NCBI GenBank assembly: GCA_965221125.1
Contig: CBDCRW010000007.1
Location: 320,001-384,000 of the forward strand
Reading direction: 5' to 3'
Source of the DNA: Alphaproteobacteria bacterium
GTDB taxonomy: Bacteria > Pseudomonadota > Alphaproteobacteria > UBA828
DNA: 64,000 nt
Of the stretch, positions 20,101 through 28,741 are shown in pieces. The first letter of the stretch is position 1. Every line of letters starts with the position of its first letter. The translations under genes were made by a program, and so were the position numbers. Below the pieces are notes generated by a model that saw only the letters and a list, made by a program, of their open reading frames with translations, had not been told where the DNA came from and ran no database searches.

Positions 20101-20627
20101 ACGTCTATTCCTGGCTCTTCTATCCCAAGGTGTTCGCGGACTACGCGGCGCGGCACGACCTCTACGGCCCGGTCTCCGCGCTGCCCACCGACGTGTTCTT
20201 CTACGGCTTGGCCCCCAGGCGTGACATCTCGGTCGAGATCGAGCGCGGCCACACGCTGGTCATTCGCTGCCTCGCCGTGGGCGAGACCGACGAGGAGGGC
20301 GCGGTGCGCGTCTTCTTCGAGCTGAACGGCCAGCCCCGCACGGTCAAGGTCGAGAACCGCGAAGCGGCGGCGACGGTGGTGCGCCGGCCCAAGGCGGATG
20401 CTGCGAACCCCTGCCATGTCTCGGCCCCGATGCCGGGCGTCGTCGCCTCCATCGCGGTGGCCAGCGGGCGCGCGGTGGTCGCCGGCGATCTGCTGATGAC
20501 AATCGAGGCGATGAAGATGGAGACCGCGCTGCACGCCGAGCGCGACGGCACGGTCGCGGCGCTGCACGTGGCGGCCGGGCAGTCCGTCGAGGCCAAGGAC
20601 CTGCTGCTTGAATACGCCGGGGCTTGA
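17175..20627 (+). CDS. pyc: Pyruvate carboxylase
   Basis: BC, CT (RDAHQSLLATR) and BCCP (EAMKM) domains, 1150 aa. Confidence 0.97.
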   Translation: MSGFERILVANRGEIAIRVLRAAYEMGKATVAVYAEEDHLSLHRFKADESYRIGEGRGPVTAYLAVDDIIRVAKDTGSDAIHPGYGFLSESPEFAEACAAAGIAFIGPRPETLRKLGDKVSARAIAGRAGVPMVPATEALPADPADALALARDVGFPGMLKASWGGGGRGMRMVEGEDAFEAALLAARREADAAFGKDDIYFERFIRRARHLEVQVLADSQGRIVHLFERDCSVQRRNQKIVECAPAPGIGREERDALTGYALAIAQAADYLNAGTVEFLHDLDTGRFHFIEVNPRIQVEHTVTEQVTGVDLVRAQIRVAEGGAIGEGPDDACPPQDEISLRGHAVQCRITTEDPLDRFIPDYGRITAYRAATGFGIRLDGGTAYTGAVITRHYDSLLEKVTAWASSREGAIDRMRRALQEFRIRGVATNIDFLERLVGDEAFRQGQVTTRFIDDNPELLAFARPRDRASRLLRYIAETTVNGHPEVKGRPKPPAYARNPAPPPLHADEPAPGAKALLDAQGPEAVAAWMLGRTPVLVTDTTMRDAHQSLLATRMRTHDLCQVADAYAHNLPQLFSLECWGGATFDVALRFLGECPWERLQRLRTQVPNILLQMLLRASNGVGYTNYPDNVVQGFVAQAADSGVDVFRIFDPLNSVENMRVAVDAVLETGRLCEAAICYTGDLHDARRSRYDLDYYVRMARELRDAGTHILGIKDMAGLVKPAAARELVRALKAETGLPVHFHTHDTSGIAAASVLAAVDAGVDAVDLAMDSLSGFTSQPCLGSVVEALRGQPRDTGLDPAHVREISDYWEVVRAAYAAFETDMRAPASEVYLHEMPGGQFTNLREQARALGLAERWHEVAQAYADVNRMFGDIVKVTPTSKVVGDMALVMVSGGLTRADVEDLDREIAFPESVVGLFRGELGRMPGGFPEPLASKILKGEPAIEGRPGAVLPPADFEAAREQAEAETGWTLSPGDVYSWLFYPKVFADYAARHDLYGPVSALPTDVFFYGLAPRRDISVEIERGHTLVIRCLAVGETDEEGAVRVFFELNGQPRTVKVENREAAATVVRRPKADAANPCHVSAPMPGVVASIAVASGRAVVAGDLLMTIEAMKMETALHAERDGTVAALHVAAGQSVEAKDLLLEYAGA

Positions 20628-20727
20628 GCCTTGCCCGGCGCCGGAGTGGCGTAGACGGGCCGGCAACGCCGGGCGCTATTCTCTCCCTGGCGCTCATGAT
20701 AGCGTGATTGCGTGTTGGGCTTGAGCC

Positions 20728-22137
20728 ATGAGCGACCCTGAACTCTCCTACCTCTCGGCGACGGAGGCGGCCGCTCTCGTCCGAGACGGCTCGCTCTCGC
20801 CCGTGACGCTGGTGACGAACGCGCTGGAGCGCGTCGAAGAGGTCAACCCCACGCTCAACTGCTTCTGCTTCACGTACCCGGACGAGGCCATCGAGCAGGC
20901 GCGCGAGGCGGAGCGCGCGATCGCCGCAGGCGACGAGGTGGGCCCGCTGCACGGCGTGCCCATCGCCATCAAGGACCTCACGCCCACCGAGGGCAAGACG
21001 ACGACCTTCGGCTCCTACGCCTACAAGGACTGGGTGCCGGACTATGACGCGCTGGTGGTGCAGCGCCTGTGCGGCGCGGGCGGCATCATGGTGGGCAAGA
21101 CGACCACGCCGGAGTTCGCCTTCTCCAGCCTCACGGACAGCCCGCTTTGGGGCATTACCCGCAATCCGTGGAACCCGGAGCACACGCCGGGCGGATCGTC
21201 GGGCGGCTCCGCCGCCGCCGTGGTCGCCGGATGCGTGCCGCTCGCGGAAGGCTCGGACGCCGGCGGCTCGGTGCGCATTCCCGCCTCCCACAGCGGCTGC
21301 GTGGGGCTGAAGCCGAGCTCGGGCCGGATCCCCTTCGAGTTCCTGCCGACGCAGTACGACTACATGTGCTGCCACGGCCCCCTCGCGCGGACCGTGGCGG
21401 ATGCCGCGCTGTTCCTGGATATCTGCCAGGGGCCGGACGAGCGCGACCTGAACTCGCTCGCGCCGGCTCTCTCGGTCGACGTGCCCCCGCCGGCAGACGT
21501 TCGCGGCATGCGGCTCGCGCTCTCCATCGACCTTGGCTACTACAGGGTCGACGCGGATGTGGAGGCGAACACGCGCAATGCGGCCGAAGCCCTGGCGCAG
21601 GCCGGCGCGGAGATCGAGCATGTGGACGTGGGCTGGAGCAGAGAATTCAACGACGCGTGGTGGGCCTACTGGGGCGTGTTCGGCGCTGCGCACTTCGGCC
21701 AGCATCTGGAGCGCTGGCGGGACAAGATGCACCCCTCCGTCGTCGCGTCGATCGAGGAAGCGCAGGAGATGAGCGCGGTGGACCTCATGAAGACGGAGAC
21801 GATCTACACCGAGGCGTGGAACAGGCTGCGCCCCATCCTCGAGCGCTGCGACGCGCTGCTCTGCCCGACCGAAGCGATCCCGGCGCCGACGGTCGACTTC
21901 GACGAGCTCGGCTCGATGACCGACGACGCCGACGGCCGGCACCTCGGCATGGACATGACCATGCAGTTCAACGCGCTGAAGCTGCCGGCGCTTTCGATCC
22001 CCTCGGGCTTCTCCGCTGCGGGTCTGCCCACGGGCCTGCAGATCGTCGGCCGCCGCTTCGACGACCTGACCGTGCTCCGCATCGGCGCCGCGCTGGAAGC
22101 CGTGCGCCCCTGGCGCGGGCACCGGCCGCCGCTCTGA
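20728..22137 (+). CDS. Amidase-signature family enzyme
   Basis: GGSSGGS, GSDAGGSVRIPA. Confidence 0.92.
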   Translation: MSDPELSYLSATEAAALVRDGSLSPVTLVTNALERVEEVNPTLNCFCFTYPDEAIEQAREAERAIAAGDEVGPLHGVPIAIKDLTPTEGKTTTFGSYAYKDWVPDYDALVVQRLCGAGGIMVGKTTTPEFAFSSLTDSPLWGITRNPWNPEHTPGGSSGGSAAAVVAGCVPLAEGSDAGGSVRIPASHSGCVGLKPSSGRIPFEFLPTQYDYMCCHGPLARTVADAALFLDICQGPDERDLNSLAPALSVDVPPPADVRGMRLALSIDLGYYRVDADVEANTRNAAEALAQAGAEIEHVDVGWSREFNDAWWAYWGVFGAAHFGQHLERWRDKMHPSVVASIEEAQEMSAVDLMKTETIYTEAWNRLRPILERCDALLCPTEAIPAPTVDFDELGSMTDDADGRHLGMDMTMQFNALKLPALSIPSGFSAAGLPTGLQIVGRRFDDLTVLRIGAALEAVRPWRGHRPPL

Positions 22138-22182
22138 ACGGCGCGGGGCGTTCACGCCGGCTCCTGAGATCGTAACACCCTC

Positions 22183-22824
22183 TTAGCGTCGGGCGCGGGC
22201 GTCGAGGTCCTTAGGCGGCGACGAGTCGCGGCGGATGCGGGGCGTCGCCGCGCCCGGAAAATTCCACAGGGTGAGCCAGCGGGCGACGGTGGCGTTCAGC
22301 GCGTCGTCGAGCAGGCGGCAGTCGGCGGCGACGGTCTCGTCGCGCACGTCGCGCTGCACCTCGGCGGTGCCGCGCCAGGGCCCCATGTCGGTGGTGGCGG
22401 ACTGGCCCAGGATCGTGGTGGCGATGGCGCGGTCGAGGTAGGCGACGAAGGCCTGGAAGTCGCCGCCGGCGCGGCGCGCGCTCTCGACGATCTCGATCTC
22501 CTGCCCCTCGGGCAGGATGACGCCGAGGCTGGTGGCGAAGGACTGTACGAGGTCGAGCAGGTCGGCCTTCTGCTCGGCGCTGGCGTTGCGCGGATAGGTG
22601 CCCTTGACGCCGGGCGCGCCGAATTTTTCGAGCGCGACGGACCAGAACTTGAGCCCGTGGCGCTTGAGCCAGACCGGCCAGAAGCACCAGCGCGCGAGCC
22701 CCGGCCCGTGCGGCAGGTCGCCGTGCTCGCCGGGGCGGCGGAGGATCACGAACTTGCCCGCCGGCACGCGCGCGCGGGAGGGAGGCAGCAGCCGGCGGAG
22801 CCGCCCGGCGAGACCGGGCGCCAT
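22183..22824 (-). pseudogene. Mu gp29-like portal protein (DUF935), internal fragment
   Basis: GLARWCFWPVWLKR…LEKFGAP…GTY, ILGQSATTD, NFPGA. Only 213 aa, lacking both ends of a typical portal. Confidence 0.75.
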
Positions 22825-22910
22825 CAGGCGGGGCCTCGGGTCGAGGGCAGGGAAGCGGAGGATCGGGCGTTCATCATGGCCCGATCATCGCGGCCCTCGC
22901 GCGCCCTGTG

Positions 22911-22930
22911 CACCGCACCATGGTGCGGGG
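22911..22930 (-). promoter_or_regulatory. Phage late-promoter palindrome copy 2 (putative Mor/C-type activator site)
   Basis: CCCCGCACCATGGTGCGGTG, 33 nt before ATG 22877. Confidence 0.65.
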
Positions 22931-22954
22931 CGAGGGCGGCGCTGGGCGTAAGGG

Positions 22955-24304
22955 CTACATGCCGTCCGCCGCGGGTTCCGGCGGCTGGTAGAAGATGAAG
23001 TCCGTCTCGTCCAGGTCTTCGATATCGAAGTTCTCCAGCGCGATGGTCCTGCCGCCGTGCTCGTGCAGGTCGATGGTGACGAACGAGCCAAGCTGGACCA
23101 TGGTCAGGTCTGCAAAGCCCGAGATGGATTCGAGCGCGCTGAGGTCGATCTTGTCCTCGCCATCGGTGAAGTCGGTGATCGTGTCGCTGCCGTGGCCGGT
23201 GAAGTAGGCGAAGGTGTCGGCGCCGGACCCGCCCGTCAGCGTGTCCGTGCCGGTGCCGCCGCTGAGCCAGTCGTCGCCTTCGCCGCCATTGAGCGTGTCG
23301 CGCCCCTCGCCGCCCATCAGACGGTCGGCGCTGGCACCGCCCGCGAGCGTGTCGTTGCCTTCGCCGCCCAGGATCCAGTCTTCGCCGCCGCCCCCGTCGA
23401 GCGTGTCGTCGCCCTCACCGCCGAAGATGAAGTCGGCGCGTCCGTCTGCGACCAGGGTGTCGTCGCCAGGGCTGCCGACATAAGTGGCGGTGCCGGGAAC
23501 GTAGAAACCCACTTCTTCGAACTGTTCTCCCGCGGGGAATTCGGGGTACGGCAGCCAGAACATGTCTTCGCTGAGGTATGCCGCCTTGACGTTGCGAAGC
23601 GTGATCGTTCCGCCGCCCCAGGGGCTCAGGTCGATCACCGCATCCCGGCCGTTGTCAGCCGCGTCGATACGCGCGCTCAACTCCGCCCAGGTGATCGGTG
23701 TGCCCAATGCCCGGAGGTCCAGTATGTCCTCGTAGCCGCGAAAATCGAAGATCGTGTCGTTTCCGTTGAGGGCGTGGAAATGGAAGACGTCGCTGCCGTC
23801 GCCGCCCGACATGCGATCGTCGCCCGCTCCGCCGATGATCCAGTCGTTACCAGCGCCGCCGTACAGTCGGTCCTCGCCGTCGCCGCCGGCGACGAAATCG
23901 TTCCCGCCGGAGGCGTCGATGAAGTCGTTGCCGGCGTCGCCGGTCAGCCAGTCGTCCCCGACAGTGCCCAGGATGTCGTCGTTGCCGGTGCCGCCGCGGG
24001 CGACGGCCTGACGACCCGTGGCGTAGATCATGTCGTCGCCGCTGCCACCCATGAAGAAATCGTCGCCGTTCCCCGTCAGGTAGTCGTCGCCGCTTCCGCC
24101 GAGGAGGAAGGCGTTGTCGCCGCCTCGATAGGTCGCCCTGTCGTCTCCCCCGGCGAGGTCGAACACGGCGAAGACCTCGCTGCCGTCAAACGTCTCGCCG
24201 GTCTGGGCGCCGACGTAGAGCCCGAGCGGGTCGCCCCCTTGCGCTCTGCTGTCGTGCTGGCCAGTGCTTGCGTCGGCTTCGCTCTCGTCCGTCATGGCTC
24301 GCAT
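22955..24304 (-). CDS. RTX (hemolysin-type Ca-binding) repeat protein, probable type I secretion substrate
   Basis: Two arrays of GGxGxD nonapeptides, each followed by DTIxDF…D.IDL; no signal peptide. Confidence 0.88.
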   Translation of the reverse strand: MRAMTDESEADASTGQHDSRAQGGDPLGLYVGAQTGETFDGSEVFAVFDLAGGDDRATYRGGDNAFLLGGSGDDYLTGNGDDFFMGGSGDDMIYATGRQAVARGGTGNDDILGTVGDDWLTGDAGNDFIDASGGNDFVAGGDGEDRLYGGAGNDWIIGGAGDDRMSGGDGSDVFHFHALNGNDTIFDFRGYEDILDLRALGTPITWAELSARIDAADNGRDAVIDLSPWGGGTITLRNVKAAYLSEDMFWLPYPEFPAGEQFEEVGFYVPGTATYVGSPGDDTLVADGRADFIFGGEGDDTLDGGGGEDWILGGEGNDTLAGGASADRLMGGEGRDTLNGGEGDDWLSGGTGTDTLTGGSGADTFAYFTGHGSDTITDFTDGEDKIDLSALESISGFADLTMVQLGSFVTIDLHEHGGRTIALENFDIEDLDETDFIFYQPPEPAADGM

Positions 24305-24503
24305 CCTCTTCGCGTCGCGATCCTCGCTTTCGGGCTCTGCCGCGCGGCGCGTGGGGCGGATCGGTCAGAGCCGGCACCGCGCCGGGCGGGGCCTCATGAA
24401 AAGGATGTGTGAACGCCAAAATATTGGGTCAAATGACATTTTATGCAGTGATCTATTGGAATTTCTGATGTGCCGGCGCTCCTTCCGTGGGGATGGCCGG
24501 CGC

Positions 24504-25868
24504 TCAATAGAAGCCGGCGAGGGTGGCGGCGCGCGGGCCGGCGCTGGCGCCGCCCACGGCCGGGGCGCTCTCGCGGGCGGCTGTGCAGGCCAAGGCAATC
24601 GCCCAGAAGCGGTCGGCGTGGCCGTCCGTGCCCGAGCGCTCCGCCATGAGGCGCGGCGCTCCCGTCGGTCCCGCCTCGGCGCGGACGGAATGGAGGTCGC
24701 GGCGGAGCTCGGCATCGGGCGGCAGGCGTAGGCGCCGGTCCTCCACCGCTTCCCGCAGCGCCGTGGCGACGTCGAGCCGGCGCGGCCCGGTCATGAGCAC
24801 GCCGTCGACGACGGTGCGCCCGAGATCCTCCTGCAGCTGCTCCACCACGGCCTCGCCCATGCCGGTCTGGTCCACGGCGATGCGGGCGGGCCCGTAGTGC
24901 GCCGCGAGCGCGCCCACGATCGCCCGCTGCTGGCTGAACGGGATGCCGTGGCGCACCACCAGCTCGCGCAGCCAGAGCACGTCGCCCACGCGCTCCAGCA
25001 CCGCGGCGACCCAGAGATCGCGGCGCCGCGCCACGTCCACCCCGATCGCGGCAGCTCCGCCCGCGAAGGCGGCCGGGTCGCCTGCCCCGGACTCCTCGCA
25101 GGCGCGGATCGCCTCCCAGCCGAGCCAAGCGCCCGCGCCGGCGGCGGGGATGCAGTCCAGCTCCTCGCCTGCGTGCGTGCCGTATTCCGCCCGGAGCGCC
25201 GCCTCCCACGCTGCCTCGGCCTCGGCCGTGGGCGGCTGGCCCTGGGCCGCGGCGATAGGGCTGAAGAGGCCCTGCTCCAGCGCCTGCTTGAGCGTGATGC
25301 GATGCAGCGAGCCGGGCCTGGCGCCGTCGCGCAGATCGCGGCAGAGGGTGGCGAAGGGATTGGCCTCGCCGTTGTGGCTGCTGATCACGTGCGCGCGCCC
25401 GCCCCAGACGCGGAAGGCCATCGCCGCCTTCAGCACCTGGCCGAGATCGTCGACGAAGGCGGCCTCGTCGATGATGGCGAGGTCGCCGGGCCGGCCCCTT
25501 GAGCGGAAGGCGCGGGGCGCCGAGGTCATGGCGAGGATCTCGTGGCCCGAGGCGAAGGCGATGCGGAAGACGTAGACGCCCCGCCCGCCGTCGTCGATCA
25601 GGGTCTCGCCCAAGGTGTCCGCGCCCATCTGCAGCGCGTGCGCCCAGCCGGCGCAGTCCTCGATGAAGCCGCGCGTCATCTCCCGGTTGTAGGCCTGGTA
25701 GTAGACGTTGCCGCCGGCCGGCGCGCCCGCGTGCATCACCGCGTCGTAGGCTTCCGCCCAGGAGATGCCGACGCGCCTGGCCTTCTCGATCACCTTGAAG
25801 CCGGCGGCGTCCGCCACCCAGCGGGCCTGATAGGGGAGGAGGTTGGGGAGCGGACGCTTTCGATTCAC
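24504..25868 (-). CDS. terL: Mu gp28-like terminase large subunit
   Basis: LLPYQ, KARRVGISW, IIDEAAF, ISSHNG, IGVDVARRRD, HADRFWAIALA. GTG start 25868 inferred. Confidence 0.9.
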   Translation of the reverse strand: MNRKRPLPNLLPYQARWVADAAGFKVIEKARRVGISWAEAYDAVMHAGAPAGGNVYYQAYNREMTRGFIEDCAGWAHALQMGADTLGETLIDDGGRGVYVFRIAFASGHEILAMTSAPRAFRSRGRPGDLAIIDEAAFVDDLGQVLKAAMAFRVWGGRAHVISSHNGEANPFATLCRDLRDGARPGSLHRITLKQALEQGLFSPIAAAQGQPPTAEAEAAWEAALRAEYGTHAGEELDCIPAAGAGAWLGWEAIRACEESGAGDPAAFAGGAAAIGVDVARRRDLWVAAVLERVGDVLWLRELVVRHGIPFSQQRAIVGALAAHYGPARIAVDQTGMGEAVVEQLQEDLGRTVVDGVLMTGPRRLDVATALREAVEDRRLRLPPDAELRRDLHSVRAEAGPTGAPRLMAERSGTDGHADRFWAIALACTAARESAPAVGGASAGPRAATLAGFY

Positions 25869-25910
25869 GGTCTTTCGGTCGCCATGCGCTTGCCCCACTG
25901 CGATCGTTCC

Positions 25911-26025
25911 CCCCACCTCACCCCGGCCCTCTCCTCCCCGGCGGGGAGGAGAGGGAGAAAGGGCGGCGCCGACTTGCGTTCCCCCTCTGCCCCTTTGGGG
26001 CGGAGGGGGACAGGGGGAGGTGGGG
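25911..26025. repeat. Double-hairpin REP-like element (CCCCACCTC…GAGGTGGGG)
   Basis: Same structure at 32602-32716 and 63949-63991, and inside the three CTAG MITEs. Confidence 0.85.
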
Positions 26026-26103
26026 TCGCGCAGGCACGAAGCGGCGTGCGCGCTGAGAAGAGCCTGTCATGCCCGCAAGATGACTGCGTCCGGCGCCGGC
26101 GGC

Positions 26104-26123
26104 CATCGCACCAAGGTGCGGGG
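26104..26123 (-). promoter_or_regulatory. Phage late-promoter palindrome copy 3
   Basis: CCCCGCACCTTGGTGCGATG, 33 nt before ATG 26070, upstream of terL. Confidence 0.6.
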
Positions 26124-26231
26124 CGCGCAGCGCTCGGCCGGTGGCCGAGGCGCACCGCATATGTGTTGAACCCCTCACCGCTGATATGGAACACTGTCCG
26201 AATACACCGAAAAAAATTATGGAGACGACCG

Positions 26232-27401
26232 ATGTCCTACGATCCTAGAGCTGCAACCGGAATCCCCACCGAGCCCGTGGGCTCGCTGCCCAGGCCGTCC
26301 AAGCTGCAGGCCGCCTATGCGGCCTACGACGCGGGCGATATTTCCAAGGCCGACCTGGAGGCCGAGCAGGAAGAGGCCGTTCACGATTCGATCACGCGCA
26401 TGGAGGCGACCGGTTCGCCCATCGTCTCCGACGGCGAGCAGCGCTGGTCCAGCTTCGCCACCTATCCCATCACCGACACGCTGGCGGGCACCGGCCTTGC
26501 CGACCACCTCGCGGGCGGCGGCCAGTACTTCGCCATCTTCGCGGACGGCCACCACCGCCAGCTTCCCCGGCTCACCGGCGGCCCCTTCCGCTACAAGAGC
26601 TTTGCCTCAGATTCGCTCGAGCTTTCGATCAAGTCCGCGACCAAGCCGATGAAGCAGGCGGTGATCGCGCCCTCGATGCTGGCGCTGCTCTATCCCTTGG
26701 ACGAGGAGATCGAGGGCTACTCGCGCGAGGCCTTCGAGGCCGACCTGATCGACGAGTGCGAGAAGGACGTGCGCCAGGCCTTCGCGGCCGGCGCGGTGCG
26801 CGTCTCCATCGACTTCACCGAGGGCCGGCTCTCCTGCCGCAACGATTCGCGCAACCCGTGGACCGGGCGCCAGATGCTTCCCCACTTCATCGCTCTCATC
26901 AACGGCGTGCTCGACCGCTTCACGGCGGAGGAGCGGGTGAACATCGGCATTCACACCTGCCCCGGCGGCGACTGCGACTCCGTGCACAGCGCCGACGTGC
27001 CCTACAACGACCTGCTGCCGAGCATGTTCCAGCTCAACGCCGGCTACTTCATGATCCAGTTCAAGAGCGAGCGGAACCAGGAGCAGGTCTACAAGGACAT
27101 CGCGGCGAGCATCCGCACCGACGCCAACGGCGTCACGCAGATGGCCTACATCGGCGTCATCAACCCGCAGAACCCGCGGGTAGAATCGCCGGAGGAGGTG
27201 TGCGAGCAGCTCGTCGCCGCGGCCAACCACCTGCCGAAGGAGCAGATCGCGTCGACCGACGACTGCGGCTTCTCGCCCTTCAGCATCGACGTGAAGCCGA
27301 ACCACGGCTCGCCGGACTACGCCCGCGACGTGGCCTTCCAGAAGATCGAGTCCCGCATCAAGGGGACGCAGATGGCGGCCGAGAAGCTCGGCATCCACTG
27401 A
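26232..27401 (+). CDS. Cobalamin-independent methionine synthase II family (catalytic domain only)
   Basis: [16 protein letters not shown], Zn ligands HTC and DDCGF. Confidence 0.85.
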   Translation: MSYDPRAATGIPTEPVGSLPRPSKLQAAYAAYDAGDISKADLEAEQEEAVHDSITRMEATGSPIVSDGEQRWSSFATYPITDTLAGTGLADHLAGGGQYFAIFADGHHRQLPRLTGGPFRYKSFASDSLELSIKSATKPMKQAVIAPSMLALLYPLDEEIEGYSREAFEADLIDECEKDVRQAFAAGAVRVSIDFTEGRLSCRNDSRNPWTGRQMLPHFIALINGVLDRFTAEERVNIGIHTCPGGDCDSVHSADVPYNDLLPSMFQLNAGYFMIQFKSERNQEQVYKDIAASIRTDANGVTQMAYIGVINPQNPRVESPEEVCEQLVAAANHLPKEQIASTDDCGFSPFSIDVKPNHGSPDYARDVAFQKIESRIKGTQMAAEKLGIH

Positions 27402-27480
27402 GCGACGCAGCGGCGTGCGGCCGGCTCATGGCGGGCCGGCCGCGCGTTTCTCTCAAGGCCGCCCTCCGGCGAGGGTTTCC

Positions 27481-27648
27481 GTGACGCGCTACCAGTGCCG
27501 CTGGTGCGGCTACGTCTACGACCCGGCCAGGGGCGAGGCGCAGCGGAACACGCCGCCGGGCACGGCCTTCGAGGACCTGCCGGACGACTGGTGCTGCCCC
27601 GACTGCCGCGCGCCCACCGCCGACTTCGATCCCGTGGAAGAGGGCTAG
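27481..27648 (+). CDS. Rubredoxin
   Basis: [10 protein letters not shown]…[13 protein letters not shown]. Confidence 0.93.
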   Translation: MTRYQCRWCGYVYDPARGEAQRNTPPGTAFEDLPDDWCCPDCRAPTADFDPVEEG

Positions 27649-27881
27649 GCGCCATCCGACCGGATGGAATCGTTCGCGGTTGCCGCAGGGTCACGCCCTC
27701 ACACGCCGCGCGGTCAGAAGAATCCCCCATCTCACCCCGACCCTCTCCGCCCCCAGGGGCGGAGAGGGGGGACTCCGCCATCGGGGTCAGCGTTCCCCCT
27801 CCGCCCTCCGGGGGGAGGGGGACAGGGGGAGGTGGGAACGCTCCGTCCGCGGTGATCTCGTAAGGTAGGAATTCGCTCTAG
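27645..27881 (-). mobile_element. CTAG-bounded MITE, copy A (237 bp)
   Basis: Homologous to 42536-42777 and 54189-54425; CTAG at both ends. Confidence 0.8.
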
Positions 27882-27931
27882 GTCATGGGCGGAACCGGCG
27901 TGGCTCCCGAAGAGGCGGGCCGGCGGGCCGC

Positions 27932-28741
27932 TTACTCCGCCTCGACCACCAGGCGCTGGGCGAAGGCGTCGCCGTTGTCGAAGCCGCCGAAGAGCGCGAT
28001 CTCGTCTTCCGGCGGCGGCTCGCAGGACCACATCCGGCTCGGCACCCAGCCGCACTGGCGCTTGAGGTTGGCGGCGTACTCGGCCCGCTTCATCGCCGCG
28101 ATGGAAGGGTCGATGACGGGTACGCCGACGGCCTTCTCGACCTCGCGGTAGAAGCCGATCTCCAGCGTGCAGCCGAGGATGAGGGCTTCGGCGTAGTCCT
28201 CGTCGACGGCCTTACGCCCGGCCGCGACCAGGCGGCGCTCGGTCTCCGCGTGGTCGGTCTGGAAGTCGTTCACGCCGAGCTCCACGTGGTAAAAGCCCGA
28301 GAGTCGTTCGCCGTAGCCGTGCTCGCGGGCGACCGCGTTCATCTGGTTCACCCACTTGCGCCGGCCGACGATGATGCCGAAGCGGTTGGCGAGGCTGGCC
28401 GCGATCTCGCACGAGGCGAGGCAGGGCGCGGTCACCACCATCTCGCCGGAAATCTCGCGCGCATCGTGCAGCCCCGTGTCGTAGAAGCAGCCGATGGCGA
28501 GTGCATCAAAACCCTCGCGCGCCGCCTGGCGGGTCGCCTGGATGATGCCGCGCGAGACGATGGTCTCGTAGGCGCGGTACTCGATGTGGGTGAAGCTCCC
28601 GCCGGGATCGGCAAGGCAGGTGATGTGCACCTCGGTGCCCGGCAGCTTGTAGCTGCGCGCCATCTCGGCGAAGACGGCATCGTAGGCGTCGGTGCCGACC
28701 GGGTTGAGGTACATGAGCTTGAGGGGGGCGTTGGCCTTCAT
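27932..28741 (-). CDS. Asp/Glu/hydantoin racemase family
   Basis: IGCFYDTG and ILGCT catalytic cysteines. Confidence 0.88.
   Translation of the reverse strand: MKANAPLKLMYLNPVGTDAYDAVFAEMARSYKLPGTEVHITCLADPGGSFTHIEYRAYETIVSRGIIQATRQAAREGFDALAIGCFYDTGLHDAREISGEMVVTAPCLASCEIAASLANRFGIIVGRRKWVNQMNAVAREHGYGERLSGFYHVELGVNDFQTDHAETERRLVAAGRKAVDEDYAEALILGCTLEIGFYREVEKAVGVPVIDPSIAAMKRAEYAANLKRQCGWVPSRMWSCEPPPEDEIALFGGFDNGDAFAQRLVVEAE

Noticed and set aside
25542-26231. N-terminal extension of the MetE-like ORF, or a SAM/cobalamin riboswitch in its leader
   Set aside because: The extension crosses terL antisense and a repeat. No riboswitch consensus was recognised.
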